Assembly (NCBI GenBank): GCA_029067895.1 | Contig: JAIEDQ010000058.1 | Location: 1,545-65,544 of the forward strand | DNA: 64,000 bases | From: Oscillospiraceae bacterium | GTDB taxonomy: Bacteria; Bacillota; Clostridia; Oscillospirales; Ruminococcaceae | Direction: 5' to 3' | In this document: positions 1 to 7,662 of the stretch, in pieces | How the letters are laid out: each line of letters starts with the position of its first letter | Numbering within the stretch: position 1 is the stretch's first letter | Notes under the pieces: generated by a model | Databases searched by the model: none | What the model was told of the DNA's origin: nothing | The model's input: only the letters and a program-made list of their open reading frames with translations | Program-made: the position numbers and the translations under genes

Positions 1-813
1 CTGCTCGTCTATCTCATATGCAACCTTGGCATTGTTTTTTCTCAGCAGTTCCTTTCGGATAAGCCGACCCGAACGGGAGTCCACCACCGCTCTATAGACC
101 TCTCCCCTGCGGTACACCACGCCGTCCTCACGGACAAAACGCTCGTTTTCGGTTTTTATGTGAAAGGCAAATTTTGAGCGGGTCAGGGCTCTCAGCTCGC
201 CGCGGAGATATTCTCCGTCGGTGTAAACGATCAGCTGATAGGTATTGTCCGTGTTGTTTTTCAGCCTGTAGTCAACGTAGTTATAGAAAACCGACGTACC
301 CGTGCCGAACGGAACTTTCCTGCCGTGATCGGGGAAAAGGTCGATCTGGTCGTGGTGGTGATGCTCGGCAATTTCCAGCTCGGAGTGGAGAGCCATCCAG
401 TGGATAAGGTTTGTCATCTGGCAAAGCCCGCCGCCGATACCGGACGAGGGAGTTCCTTTTTCAATAGTAAGCCCCTCCAGATAGCCCTTTTTCTCGTCGG
501 GACTTCCAACAAGCCCCCAAAAGGAAAAGGTCTCGTGGGGGTGTATCAGTATCCCCGAAATTTTCGGTGCGGCAATGGAAAGGTTCACCGCCTTGTTTTC
601 CTGAAGTCTCATATCGGCGTTCCCCAGCCGCCTGCGTATCAGGGAGCTGTGCTTATAGAGCAGTACGGGAAGCTTTTCCTCGGTTTTTTCGGAAGCAAAC
701 CGCACTCCGAAAATTACTCCGAGTAAATTTTTTATATGCCGCAGGACTATGCATTTCAGCATGGATATCTTGTAGGTCAGCGGTGAGATCTCGCAGAACA
801 GCCGTCTTTTCAT
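1..813 (-). CDS. VanW-family protein (VanB-cluster VanW-like size); C-terminus cut by the window edge
   Basis: Absent from the ORF track because it runs off the window. My translation of the minus strand from ATG at 813 (TAGGAG 8 nt upstream) is open to position 1, about 271 aa: MKRRLFCEISPLTYKISML...SSGIGGGLCQMTNLIHWMALHSELEIAEHHHH...SVFYNYVDYRLKNNTDNTY. GGGLCQ and the YNYVDxR block are what I recall as VanW-domain hallmarks. The + strand ORFs at 174..815 are shadows of this gene. Confidence 0.75.
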   Translation of the reverse strand, partial: MKRRLFCEISPLTYKISMLKCIVLRHIKNLLGVIFGVRFASEKTEEKLPVLLYKHSSLIRRRLGNADMRLQENKAVNLSIAAPKISGILIHPHETFSFWGLVGSPDEKKGYLEGLTIEKGTPSSGIGGGLCQMTNLIHWMALHSELEIAEHHHHDQIDLFPDHGRKVPFGTGTSVFYNYVDYRLKNNTDNTYQLIVYTDGEYLRGELRALTRSKFAFHIKTENERFVREDGVVYRRGEVYRAVVDSRSGRLIRKELLRKNNAKVAYEIDEQ

Positions 814-949
814 AGTTGAAGCTCCTATTCTATCAGTGTTATCCAAATAATAGCACTGCCTATGGAAAACTTCAACGGTTGTTCCGTATTGTAACCGAGC
901 CGACACCAAATTATAATCGGACGGTAACAACACTATTAATAATAGTTAC

Positions 950-1225
950 AAAAAAGTCCCTTAATCCTGTTAGGACTAAGGGACGATAATATCGCGGTTC
1001 CACCCAAATTCATATACATATTGTAATATCGGCAAATTGCATTACAAAAAGTATACCTCATTTCACTCTGTAACGGGAGCGACCCGCCGTGTATTGGACG
1101 GACTCAAAGGCGGTGTGCGTTACACTTGGGAATATCCCGCTCGCAGCAAACTGCTGAAAGCAGCTGCGGGACTCTCTGAAAACCCTTGGCGTATAACGCC
1201 TTCCTTATCAGCGTTTTGAACTATA
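950..1225 (-). promoter_or_regulatory. T-box riboswitch leader with terminator/antiterminator, upstream of the VanW-family gene
   Basis: The minus strand reads AGAGAG (AG bulge) in a long Stem I, an F-box CCCGUUA, then a Stem III hairpin GUAAU...AUUAC. The T-box sequence AAUUUGGGUGGAACCGCGAU follows (plus-strand 992-1012), then the terminator GUCCCUUAGUCC-UAACA-GGAUUAAGGGAC plus U6 (plus-strand 951-985). A possible promoter, TTGACA then TGTGATATT, lies at plus-strand 1232-1258. Confidence 0.8.
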
Positions 1226-1323
1226 AATTCAGAATATCACATTTATTTTGTTTTGTCAATCGTCTTTTTGTACATACTGAGGGGGTAAATATTATTAAAT
1301 AGTGTCAAATTGTATAATTTTCC

Positions 1324-1352
1324 TTGACAAACAGATGATTTTATAGTAAAAT
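1324..1352 (+). promoter_or_regulatory. sigma-A type promoter (TTGACA-17-TAAAAT) at the head of the non-coding region before rny
   Basis: TTGACA at 1324-1329, a 17-nt spacer, TAAAAT at 1347-1352. Confidence 0.5.
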
Positions 1353-1627
1353 GATAGAATGAATGCAATGTATTTAAATAAACGGTTTCGGGGTCTGACG
1401 TGACCGCGTTTCCCCGCAGACCATGCAAATAAATTGCTGTTCAATTTTTTTCTTTCTTCTATGGCGAATAGAAGGTTTTCATATATTATATTATAAGCGG
1501 ATAAATTCGTTTTACTCAAAGTATTTTTCTGTGCCATGTATTGTGTATGGTAAAGAAAGATCGCTTCGGGTATTTTTCCGTATACACGGCATTCCGTGAC
1601 CCGCAGGGGCAGATCGGGACTGCCGCT

Positions 1628-1658
1628 GTCTCCGACGAATACGTTTTCGGAGACTTTT
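1628..1658 (+). terminator. Intrinsic terminator-like hairpin about 110 nt upstream of the rny start
   Basis: GTCTCCGA-11 nt loop-TCGGAGAC followed by TTTTT. Confidence 0.5.
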
Positions 1659-1770
1659 TCACAGACCGGCAGTCCGCGCTTTATCGGCGGTTCTTGCGGA
1701 GGTCTGACAACTGTATATAGTGAAAACCTTATATTCTCCTTGAAGAAATACTATAAAGGAGGTAAACGGG

Positions 1771-3324
1771 TTGGAATTTGTAATCGGAATTATAGCGTTC
1801 GTTGTCGGCGCGGCGGCTTCCGGCTTCATTATGTTCAAGGTCGGAATAAATTACCGCAAGCAGCAGGCTGAATCCGCTATCGGTTCCGCCGAAAAGGAAG
1901 CCGAGAGGATCATCGAGGACGCTAAAAAGGAAGCCGAAAGCAAGAAAAAAATTGCTCTTGTGGAGGCTAAGGACGAGATCCATAAAAGCCGCTCCGAGCT
2001 GGAAAAGGAGATCAAGGAGCGCAGGAACGATATGTCCCGTCAGGAGAGACGTATCCAGCAGAAAGAGGAAAACCTCGATAAAAAAAGCGACAACATAGAG
2101 AAAAAGGACGAGCTTTTGCAGAAAAAGCTCAAACAGGCTGAGGAAAAGCTTGAAGAAGCGGACAAGATCAAAAAATCCCAGATGGAAATTCTGGAAAAAA
2201 TTTCTCAGTTTACCATGGAACAGGCTAAGGAACACCTGCTGTCAATGCTGGAGAACGACCTTATCCACGACAAGGCGCTGAAAATTCAGCAGTACGAGAC
2301 CCAGCTTAAAGACGAATGCGAGGAAAAGGCAAGAGACCTTATCTCTCTGGCGGTGTCAAAATGCGCCGCGGATCAGGTTTCCGAGACAGCTGTTTCGGTT
2401 GTGCCGCTTCCCAATGACGAAATGAAAGGTCGTATCATCGGACGTGAGGGACGCAATATCCGTACCCTTGAGACCCTTACGGGCGTAGACCTTATTATAG
2501 ACGATACTCCCGAGGCGATCACCCTGTCCTGCTTTGATCAGGCAAGGCGCGAGGTTGCGAGGATCGCTCTCGAAAAGCTTATCGCGGACGGTCGTATCCA
2601 CCCCTCCCGTATCGAGGAAATGGTTGACAAGGCTCGCCGCGAGGTTGAACATAAGATCAAGCAGGAGGGTGAAAGAGCCGTTCTGGAGACCAACGTTCAC
2701 GGTCTTAACCACGAGCTTGTCCGCCTTATCGGACGTCTCCACTACCGCACTTCTTACCGTCAGAACGTTCTCAACCACTCCATCGAGGTGGCTCACCTTG
2801 CGGGTATAATGGCTTCCGAGCTTGGCGTGGACGCTAATCTTGCGCGCCGCGCGGGACTTCTTCACGACGTGGGCAAGGCTCTCAGCTACGAGATAGAGGG
2901 CTCTCACGTTCAGATAGGCGTTGACGTGTGCCGCAAGTACAAGGAGAACGCGGACGTTATCCACGCTATCGAGGCTCACCACGGCGACGTTGAGGCGAAA
3001 ACCGTTGTGGCTACGCTGGTTCAGGCTGCCGACGCTATTTCCGCCGCAAGACCCGGCGCAAGAAGCGAGAACTACGAGAACTACATCAAGCGTCTCCAGA
3101 AGCTTGAAGAGATCTGTACGTCCTACGACGGAGTTGAAAAATCCTTTGCTATTCAGGCGGGACGCGAAGTCCGCATAATGGTATTCCCCGACAAGATCAA
3201 CGACGAGAAGATGACCATTGTAGCACGCGAGATCGCTCAGCGTATCGAAAACGAGATGGATTATCCCGGACAGATCAAGATCAATCTTATCAGAGAAAGC
3301 CGCGCGGTTGAATACGCTAAGTAA
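1771..3324 (+). CDS. rny: Ribonuclease Y
   Basis: TTG start after AAGGAGG. It has an N-terminal TM helix, a long K/E-rich coiled coil, a KH region ([15 protein letters not shown]) and an HD domain (LLHDVGK, HHG). Typical 517 aa length. Confidence 0.95.
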   Translation: MEFVIGIIAFVVGAAASGFIMFKVGINYRKQQAESAIGSAEKEAERIIEDAKKEAESKKKIALVEAKDEIHKSRSELEKEIKERRNDMSRQERRIQQKEENLDKKSDNIEKKDELLQKKLKQAEEKLEEADKIKKSQMEILEKISQFTMEQAKEHLLSMLENDLIHDKALKIQQYETQLKDECEEKARDLISLAVSKCAADQVSETAVSVVPLPNDEMKGRIIGREGRNIRTLETLTGVDLIIDDTPEAITLSCFDQARREVARIALEKLIADGRIHPSRIEEMVDKARREVEHKIKQEGERAVLETNVHGLNHELVRLIGRLHYRTSYRQNVLNHSIEVAHLAGIMASELGVDANLARRAGLLHDVGKALSYEIEGSHVQIGVDVCRKYKENADVIHAIEAHHGDVEAKTVVATLVQAADAISAARPGARSENYENYIKRLQKLEEICTSYDGVEKSFAIQAGREVRIMVFPDKINDEKMTIVAREIAQRIENEMDYPGQIKINLIRESRAVEYAK

Positions 3325-3357
3325 TATGGTTGGAAATTATAACTGAAAGTATATTGA

Positions 3358-3385
3358 ACAGGGGCTTCCGCAAGCCCCTGTTTTG
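3358..3385 (+). terminator. rny terminator
   Basis: CAGGGGCTT-CCGC-AAGCCCCTG followed by TTTT. Confidence 0.65.
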
Positions 3386-3399
3386 GTAGGAGGATCGGT

Positions 3400-4836
3400 A
3401 TGCCAAAGACGATTTTCGGTACAACGGAAAAATCCAATTTTATACTGAATATGAACAAAAGCACGGTCAGGAAGTGGGTCACGGGACTTCTGTGCGCCTG
3501 CGTTATCGTTCCGCTTATCGGAGGGATAGTCATTACCGCCGTTCCCGGGACAAGCGCGCTGCTGGGAGCTTTTCTCTATGCCACGGGTTTTTCCTGCATA
3601 CTTTTTTATATAGTATTGCTGCTGAGAAAGGATATCAGCATAAAGGATTATCCCTGCGCGTATCTTGTGATTGCGCTTGCGGCGCTGGCGCTGGCTTCGT
3701 ATTATCGTGTCGCGATCAGCAACAGCGATTATCAGGAGGCGGTAAACACCGCGCTGCTGGGCGAGAACGGCAGGTACGAGGGACTGCTTGCGCTGTTTGC
3801 GTATTTCGGGATATTCCTGCTTGCGTCGGCGGTGCTGAGGAAAAGCTCGGTGAAGATCATTTTCGACATTCTGGTGGGAGCGGGCATCGTTCAGGGCATT
3901 GTGGCTGTACTTCAGCATATACCCGGAGATTTTCCCTCGGATTTCAGAAAGCTTCCCGCGCTGCTGCTTTTAAAGGACGTACACCTTTCAAGCGGTCTGT
4001 CGGACAGTCCGATCTTCTACGGGTCGTTTTTAACACTGGTAACGGCTGTTGCGGCGGCGGGAGCGATGTACGAGAAAAATATTCTGCGCGCAAGGATATA
4101 CGGCGTATCGGCGGTATTTTTCTTTCTGACGGGACTTTTTACCTCGTCGGTTGTGCCGCTTATCGGTATCGGAACGGCTTACATTGTACTTATTGTAATA
4201 GAATTTACTGCGGGAAAGAGCGGAAACCGCTCTGAGAGCGGTACCGTTTTTGAGGAGGGCGTACTGAAAAGTCCGCGGAAAAGGCTTGCGGTTCTGCTGA
4301 TCGGTACAGCCGCCGTTCTGGGTATCGTTCTGGCGTTTCAGGGACTGTGGCTGCGTGACAAGGCGATCGCCTATACGGACTGCTATTATCGGCTCTTTAT
4401 AACAGGCGGAGCGTCGCCGGTAAATTACGATTCCCTGTGGAAAATAGGCGCGGAAAGAAGCTTTATCATTATAAAAGAGCACCCGATCCTCGGTATCGGT
4501 CCCGACCTTATGGCAAAATACCAGATAAGCCTTGAGGAGCTTGTTACGGACAGTATCGACCGCAGCTACAACGAGTATCTTTATACCGCGGCATCAAGGG
4601 GAATACCCGCGCTTGCGGTATATATAGCTCTGCTGGCGGCAAGCTTTGCAAGGCTTTTCAAGGACGTGCGGGAGTTCTTTTCGGACAGGGAAAAATGGTT
4701 CCGTCCCGCGCTGCTTGCGGCAGTGACGGCGTATTCGGTACAGGCGTTTTTCAGCGCGAGCGCGGTAACGGTCGCACCGTTTTTCTGGCTGCTTCTCGGC
4801 ATTTCATGGTCGAAATTTACCGAGGACAAGGCGTAA
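3400..4836 (+). CDS. O-antigen ligase/polymerase-like (Wzy_C family) polytopic membrane protein
   Basis: About 10-12 predicted TM helices with a loop containing PILGIGPD...RSYNEYLYTAASRGIPAL, which resembles the O-antigen ligase family loop. RBS GGAGGA. Confidence 0.6.
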   Translation: MPKTIFGTTEKSNFILNMNKSTVRKWVTGLLCACVIVPLIGGIVITAVPGTSALLGAFLYATGFSCILFYIVLLLRKDISIKDYPCAYLVIALAALALASYYRVAISNSDYQEAVNTALLGENGRYEGLLALFAYFGIFLLASAVLRKSSVKIIFDILVGAGIVQGIVAVLQHIPGDFPSDFRKLPALLLLKDVHLSSGLSDSPIFYGSFLTLVTAVAAAGAMYEKNILRARIYGVSAVFFFLTGLFTSSVVPLIGIGTAYIVLIVIEFTAGKSGNRSESGTVFEEGVLKSPRKRLAVLLIGTAAVLGIVLAFQGLWLRDKAIAYTDCYYRLFITGGASPVNYDSLWKIGAERSFIIIKEHPILGIGPDLMAKYQISLEELVTDSIDRSYNEYLYTAASRGIPALAVYIALLAASFARLFKDVREFFSDREKWFRPALLAAVTAYSVQAFFSASAVTVAPFFWLLLGISWSKFTEDKA

Positions 4837-4838
4837 AA

Positions 4839-4873
4839 GAAACCCGTTCCGGGCTTATCGGAACGGGTTTTTC
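4839..4873 (+). terminator. Intrinsic terminator
   Basis: AAACCCGTTCC-loop-GGAACGGGTTT followed by a T run. Confidence 0.7.
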
Positions 4874-4878
4874 ATATA

Positions 4879-4907
4879 TTGACAAAAACGGCAAAATATG
4901 CTATAGT
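4879..4907 (+). promoter_or_regulatory. Consensus promoter (TTGACA-17-TATAGT) for the small hydrophobic ORF
   Basis: TTGACA at 4879-4884, TATAGT at 4902-4907. Confidence 0.6.
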
Positions 4908-4964
4908 AACAGCGGTGCGCCACACGGATAGGCGGTTGTCCCCTTGAGAAAGGGGGCTGGTAAC

Positions 4965-5060
4965 ATGGTTACATACTCTGACTTGTTTGTATTTGTAACT
5001 ATGCTGACTTCTGTTATCTCCCTTATTTTGCATATTATCACACTTAGCAAACGCAAATAA
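4965..5060 (+). CDS. 31-aa hydrophobic peptide, candidate type I toxin (holin-like/Fst-like class)
   Basis: Below the ORF-track cut-off. ATG at 4965, TAA at 5058-5060. Translation: MVTYSDLFVFVTMLTSVISLILHIITLSKRK, one TM helix plus a KRK tail. The SD AGGGGG lies 8 nt upstream and forms the 3' arm of a hairpin with a GAGA tetraloop (4938-4957). Confidence 0.5.
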   Translation: MVTYSDLFVFVTMLTSVISLILHIITLSKRK

Positions 5061-5068
5061 GGCAGTAC

Positions 5069-5106
5069 GAAAAAAACCGCCCCTCAGCAAAATCGGCGGT
5101 TTTTTT
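5069..5106. terminator. Bidirectional intrinsic terminator shared by convergent transcripts
   Basis: AAAAAAACCGCC-13 nt loop-GGCGGTTTTTTT. The A-run/T-run symmetry allows termination on both strands. Confidence 0.65.
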
Positions 5107-5190
5107 CAAATCCAATGAATAACTGGGCAGCCGCTTGTCGGCGCACTCCCTTTATAGGAGTATTATACACCCGTACATTGATTTTGTCAA
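5069..5190 (-). ncRNA. Candidate antisense/convergent small RNA of about 85 nt with its promoter (putative type I antitoxin)
   Basis: A perfect TTGACA-17-TATAAT promoter on the minus strand (plus coordinates 5185-5190 and 5162-5167) points into the shared terminator. There is no ORF. The 5' hairpin is ACUCC-UAUAAAG-GGAGU. Confidence 0.4.
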
Positions 5191-5205
5191 GCATTTTCAT
5201 AAATA

Positions 5206-5348
5206 TTGACAAACAATACAAAATATGCTAAAATAACAACGATGCGCCACACGGCGGTTTTCTATAAACTAAGAACATAGCAGGAGCAAGCCGCTTGTCG
5301 GTGCGCCTCTTATATACATAGTATACACCACCCCCTGCGGTTTGTCAG
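5206..5348. repeat. Second, ORF-less copy of the convergent-promoter module
   Basis: Plus promoter TTGACA (5206-5211)-17-TAAAAT (5229-5234). Minus promoter CTGACA (5343-5348)-17-TATACT (5320-5325). The first copy's blocks recur here: GCGCCACACGG after the plus promoter and GCCGCTTGTCGG(C/T)GC before the minus promoter. Confidence 0.45.
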
Positions 5349-5553
5349 GAAAAATACAAAATTTTCCGCGTATTTTTTTCGCTTTTTTGCGTCGTCGTTT
5401 TTTCTTCAAAAGACCGATTTTATTACAAAACCGTTACGATTATTGCAAATTTATTACCGACGTTTTTCGCGTTTTTTCGCAAAAGTTGTGATTTTTAGTG
5501 AAAAGTGTACACTTCAGACGAAAAATAACTCGAAAATTTGTTGTATCTGTACG

Positions 5554-5582
5554 TTGACACTTTTCGTTTGAAATGTTAGAAT
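5554..5582 (+). promoter_or_regulatory. Promoter (TTGACA-17-TAGAAT) of the surface-protein gene; implies a 5' UTR of about 175 nt
   Basis: TTGACA at 5554-5559, TAGAAT at 5577-5582. Confidence 0.5.
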
Positions 5583-5763
5583 AATAGCGTGATAGACAGA
5601 CGGGTACCCCAAAGGGCAGTAAGACCGATCATCATAAAGAATGTTTCGGACGGGCTGACCGGAGGAGAGCTGAAAGTCGAATCACAAAAATCCTATTTGA
5701 TTTCCATTCCATATGGAAATAAATAAAGAAAAAATTTAAAACAAAACAAGGAGGAAATTTTTC

Positions 5764-7587
5764 ATGAACATGAAAAAGACAATCGCTGCAATCGCAGCAG
5801 GCGCAGTAGCTGTATCTGCAATGGCTACTACAGTATCCGCAGTTGAGGCTAAGACTCTTAACTACAATCTCGTTGCTACTCTTCAGAATCAGATCAACGG
5901 TAAGGTTACTCTTAAGGCAACATTCCCCAACGTTACACTGACTGACGGTACAGAAGTTGTTGTTAATGTTCCCGGTATGCAGTGGACCGACAAGTTTGTT
6001 GTAACTGGTAACTACATTGACACAAACAAGGCTATCGATCCTATCACATTTACTCGCGACATCTGGAGCGAAGGCTATTCCGCACAGACCGAAGCTATGC
6101 TGAGCTGGGACGGCGCTCATATCCCCGTTCATGCTGTAAATGACGGTTCTCCCGCACTTATCGGTGCTGCTGCTGCTGGTGCAGTTGAGGCTGTTGATCC
6201 TGTTGCTGAGTCTGCTACAGCTATCGCTACAGTTGGCGGCGTTAAGAAGTCTGTTGCTGTAAATCTTACTGACCTGAAGCTCAACAATGATGTTACTGCT
6301 GTTGCACCCGGTGCTACAACAACTTTCACTGTTACATCTACTGGTGCAGCTTGGGTAGATGCTGATAAGTATGGTATCGATGGCACAGCTATTACTACAG
6401 AGGCTGATACTGATACTATCGTAATCACATACACAGCTCCTAAGGCTGGTGTTACCGGTTCTGCTGCTGTAGAGGGTACAAAGGCTAACATCACAGTAAC
6501 AGCTACTATCTCTACTAACGACACTTCTTGGGAAGATATCAACAAGAAGGTACAGAACCACACATACGGAATCACTCTGGACGGTGTATACGGCAACGCT
6601 ACTACTTCCGGCAAGACTGATGCTACAGCATACAAGATGCCTTTCATGACAAACGTACCCAGCGCAGTTACAGGCGTTGACAATGTTGATATCATCTGGT
6701 ACCTTGAGAACGCAAAGGTTCTTCCTGACGGCAAGTCCTATAAGAACGTTAAGGCTGTTCTGAACGATGCTGTTGAGAACTATGACGGCGTAACATTCAC
6801 ATTCAACACTGCTGTACAGAATGTAAGATTTGCTGTAGTTAGCGGTTCCAGACTCAATCCTACAATCAAGGCAACCTTCAAGACCTACGATGAAGCTAAG
6901 ACTGAGCTTGCATTGAAGGTAAACACTGATGCTAGCGGCAATGGCGGAGCTTATAAATATGATCAGGCTACACACTACATCATGGGTCTCTATGCTGAAA
7001 ACAGCTGGGAGGGTGTTGACACCTACACAGCATTCGGCGAGCACACATATGACTGGTACTACGCTCCCGAGACCACAGGCTACACAGGCTATGACTGGGG
7101 TGGAGCAAACCTCTTCGCAGGCGCTCTGATCGTTAACGAGTACCTCACAATGTCCCTCAGCAACACTGAGTACTTTGACTGGACCAAGACTTCTGTAAGC
7201 TTTGACTGGGAGTCCATCATGGATAATGCTGCTACAACTAACAACTATGCAACATACATTCAGTCCATGAAGCTTGCTACTTCTACAATCTGGTTCTGGG
7301 ATTCTATGGACGTTGTTCTCACAGTTGGCGAGGCTGACGACGTTTCTGCTGACGCAGGCGTAACAGCTGACGACGCTACACTTGATGATGATGACGACGA
7401 TATCGTAGCAGACGACGATGATGATCAGCCTGCTGATGACGACGACGATGAGCCCGCTCCCGTTGTTGACGAGCCCGTTGCTGCTCCCGTTGCTACTAAC
7501 CCTCCCACAGGTAACGCTTCTGTAGCTCTCGCAGTAATCCCTGTTGCACTTGCTGCTGCTGCAATCGTTGCTAAGAAGAGAGGCTAA
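5764..7587 (+). CDS. Secreted cell-surface protein with a sortase-type C-terminal sorting signal (NPPTG + TM + KKRG)
   Basis: RBS AAGGAGG and signal peptide MNMKKTIAAIAAGAVAVSAMATTVSA. Codon bias is strong, typical of high expression. A poly-Asp/Pro linker is followed by NPPTG (7498-7512), a hydrophobic helix and KKRG. Confidence 0.85.
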   Translation: MNMKKTIAAIAAGAVAVSAMATTVSAVEAKTLNYNLVATLQNQINGKVTLKATFPNVTLTDGTEVVVNVPGMQWTDKFVVTGNYIDTNKAIDPITFTRDIWSEGYSAQTEAMLSWDGAHIPVHAVNDGSPALIGAAAAGAVEAVDPVAESATAIATVGGVKKSVAVNLTDLKLNNDVTAVAPGATTTFTVTSTGAAWVDADKYGIDGTAITTEADTDTIVITYTAPKAGVTGSAAVEGTKANITVTATISTNDTSWEDINKKVQNHTYGITLDGVYGNATTSGKTDATAYKMPFMTNVPSAVTGVDNVDIIWYLENAKVLPDGKSYKNVKAVLNDAVENYDGVTFTFNTAVQNVRFAVVSGSRLNPTIKATFKTYDEAKTELALKVNTDASGNGGAYKYDQATHYIMGLYAENSWEGVDTYTAFGEHTYDWYYAPETTGYTGYDWGGANLFAGALIVNEYLTMSLSNTEYFDWTKTSVSFDWESIMDNAATTNNYATYIQSMKLATSTIWFWDSMDVVLTVGEADDVSADAGVTADDATLDDDDDDIVADDDDDQPADDDDDEPAPVVDEPVAAPVATNPPTGNASVALAVIPVALAAAAIVAKKRG

Positions 7588-7662
7588 GAGCCTGCTGAAT
7601 TAACAGCACTCATGAAAGAATAACAAACGGTTACCAAGTAATTGTATTATTCTAACATCACT

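Noticed and set aside
1243-1537. Two overlapping minus-strand ORFs (61 and 80 aa) in the gap between the T-box and rny
   Set aside because: No RBS, AT-rich low-complexity translations and mutual overlap. The region looks like promoter/leader DNA.
5241-5280. 12-codon ORF (MRHTAVFYKLRT) in the second convergent-promoter module
   Set aside because: No Shine-Dalgarno sequence, not hydrophobic, and no similarity to the 31-aa peptide of module 1.
5583-5763. c-di-GMP riboswitch (GEMM-I/II) in the leader of the sortase-substrate gene
   Set aside because: I looked for the GGGCAC...GUGCAACC (class II) and GGCAAA/ACGCAAAGC (class I) signatures by eye. Only loose resemblances appeared (GGGCAG...CUGACCGG), which is not enough to call. 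It needs a covariance-model scan.
5632-7044. 470-aa ORF on the minus strand, opposite the surface-protein gene
   Set aside because: It is Cys/Ser-rich low-complexity sequence with no RBS, and it lies entirely inside a + strand gene that has a signal peptide, sorting signal, RBS, promoter and terminator. It is a shadow ORF caused by the strong GCT/GTT/ACA codon bias.
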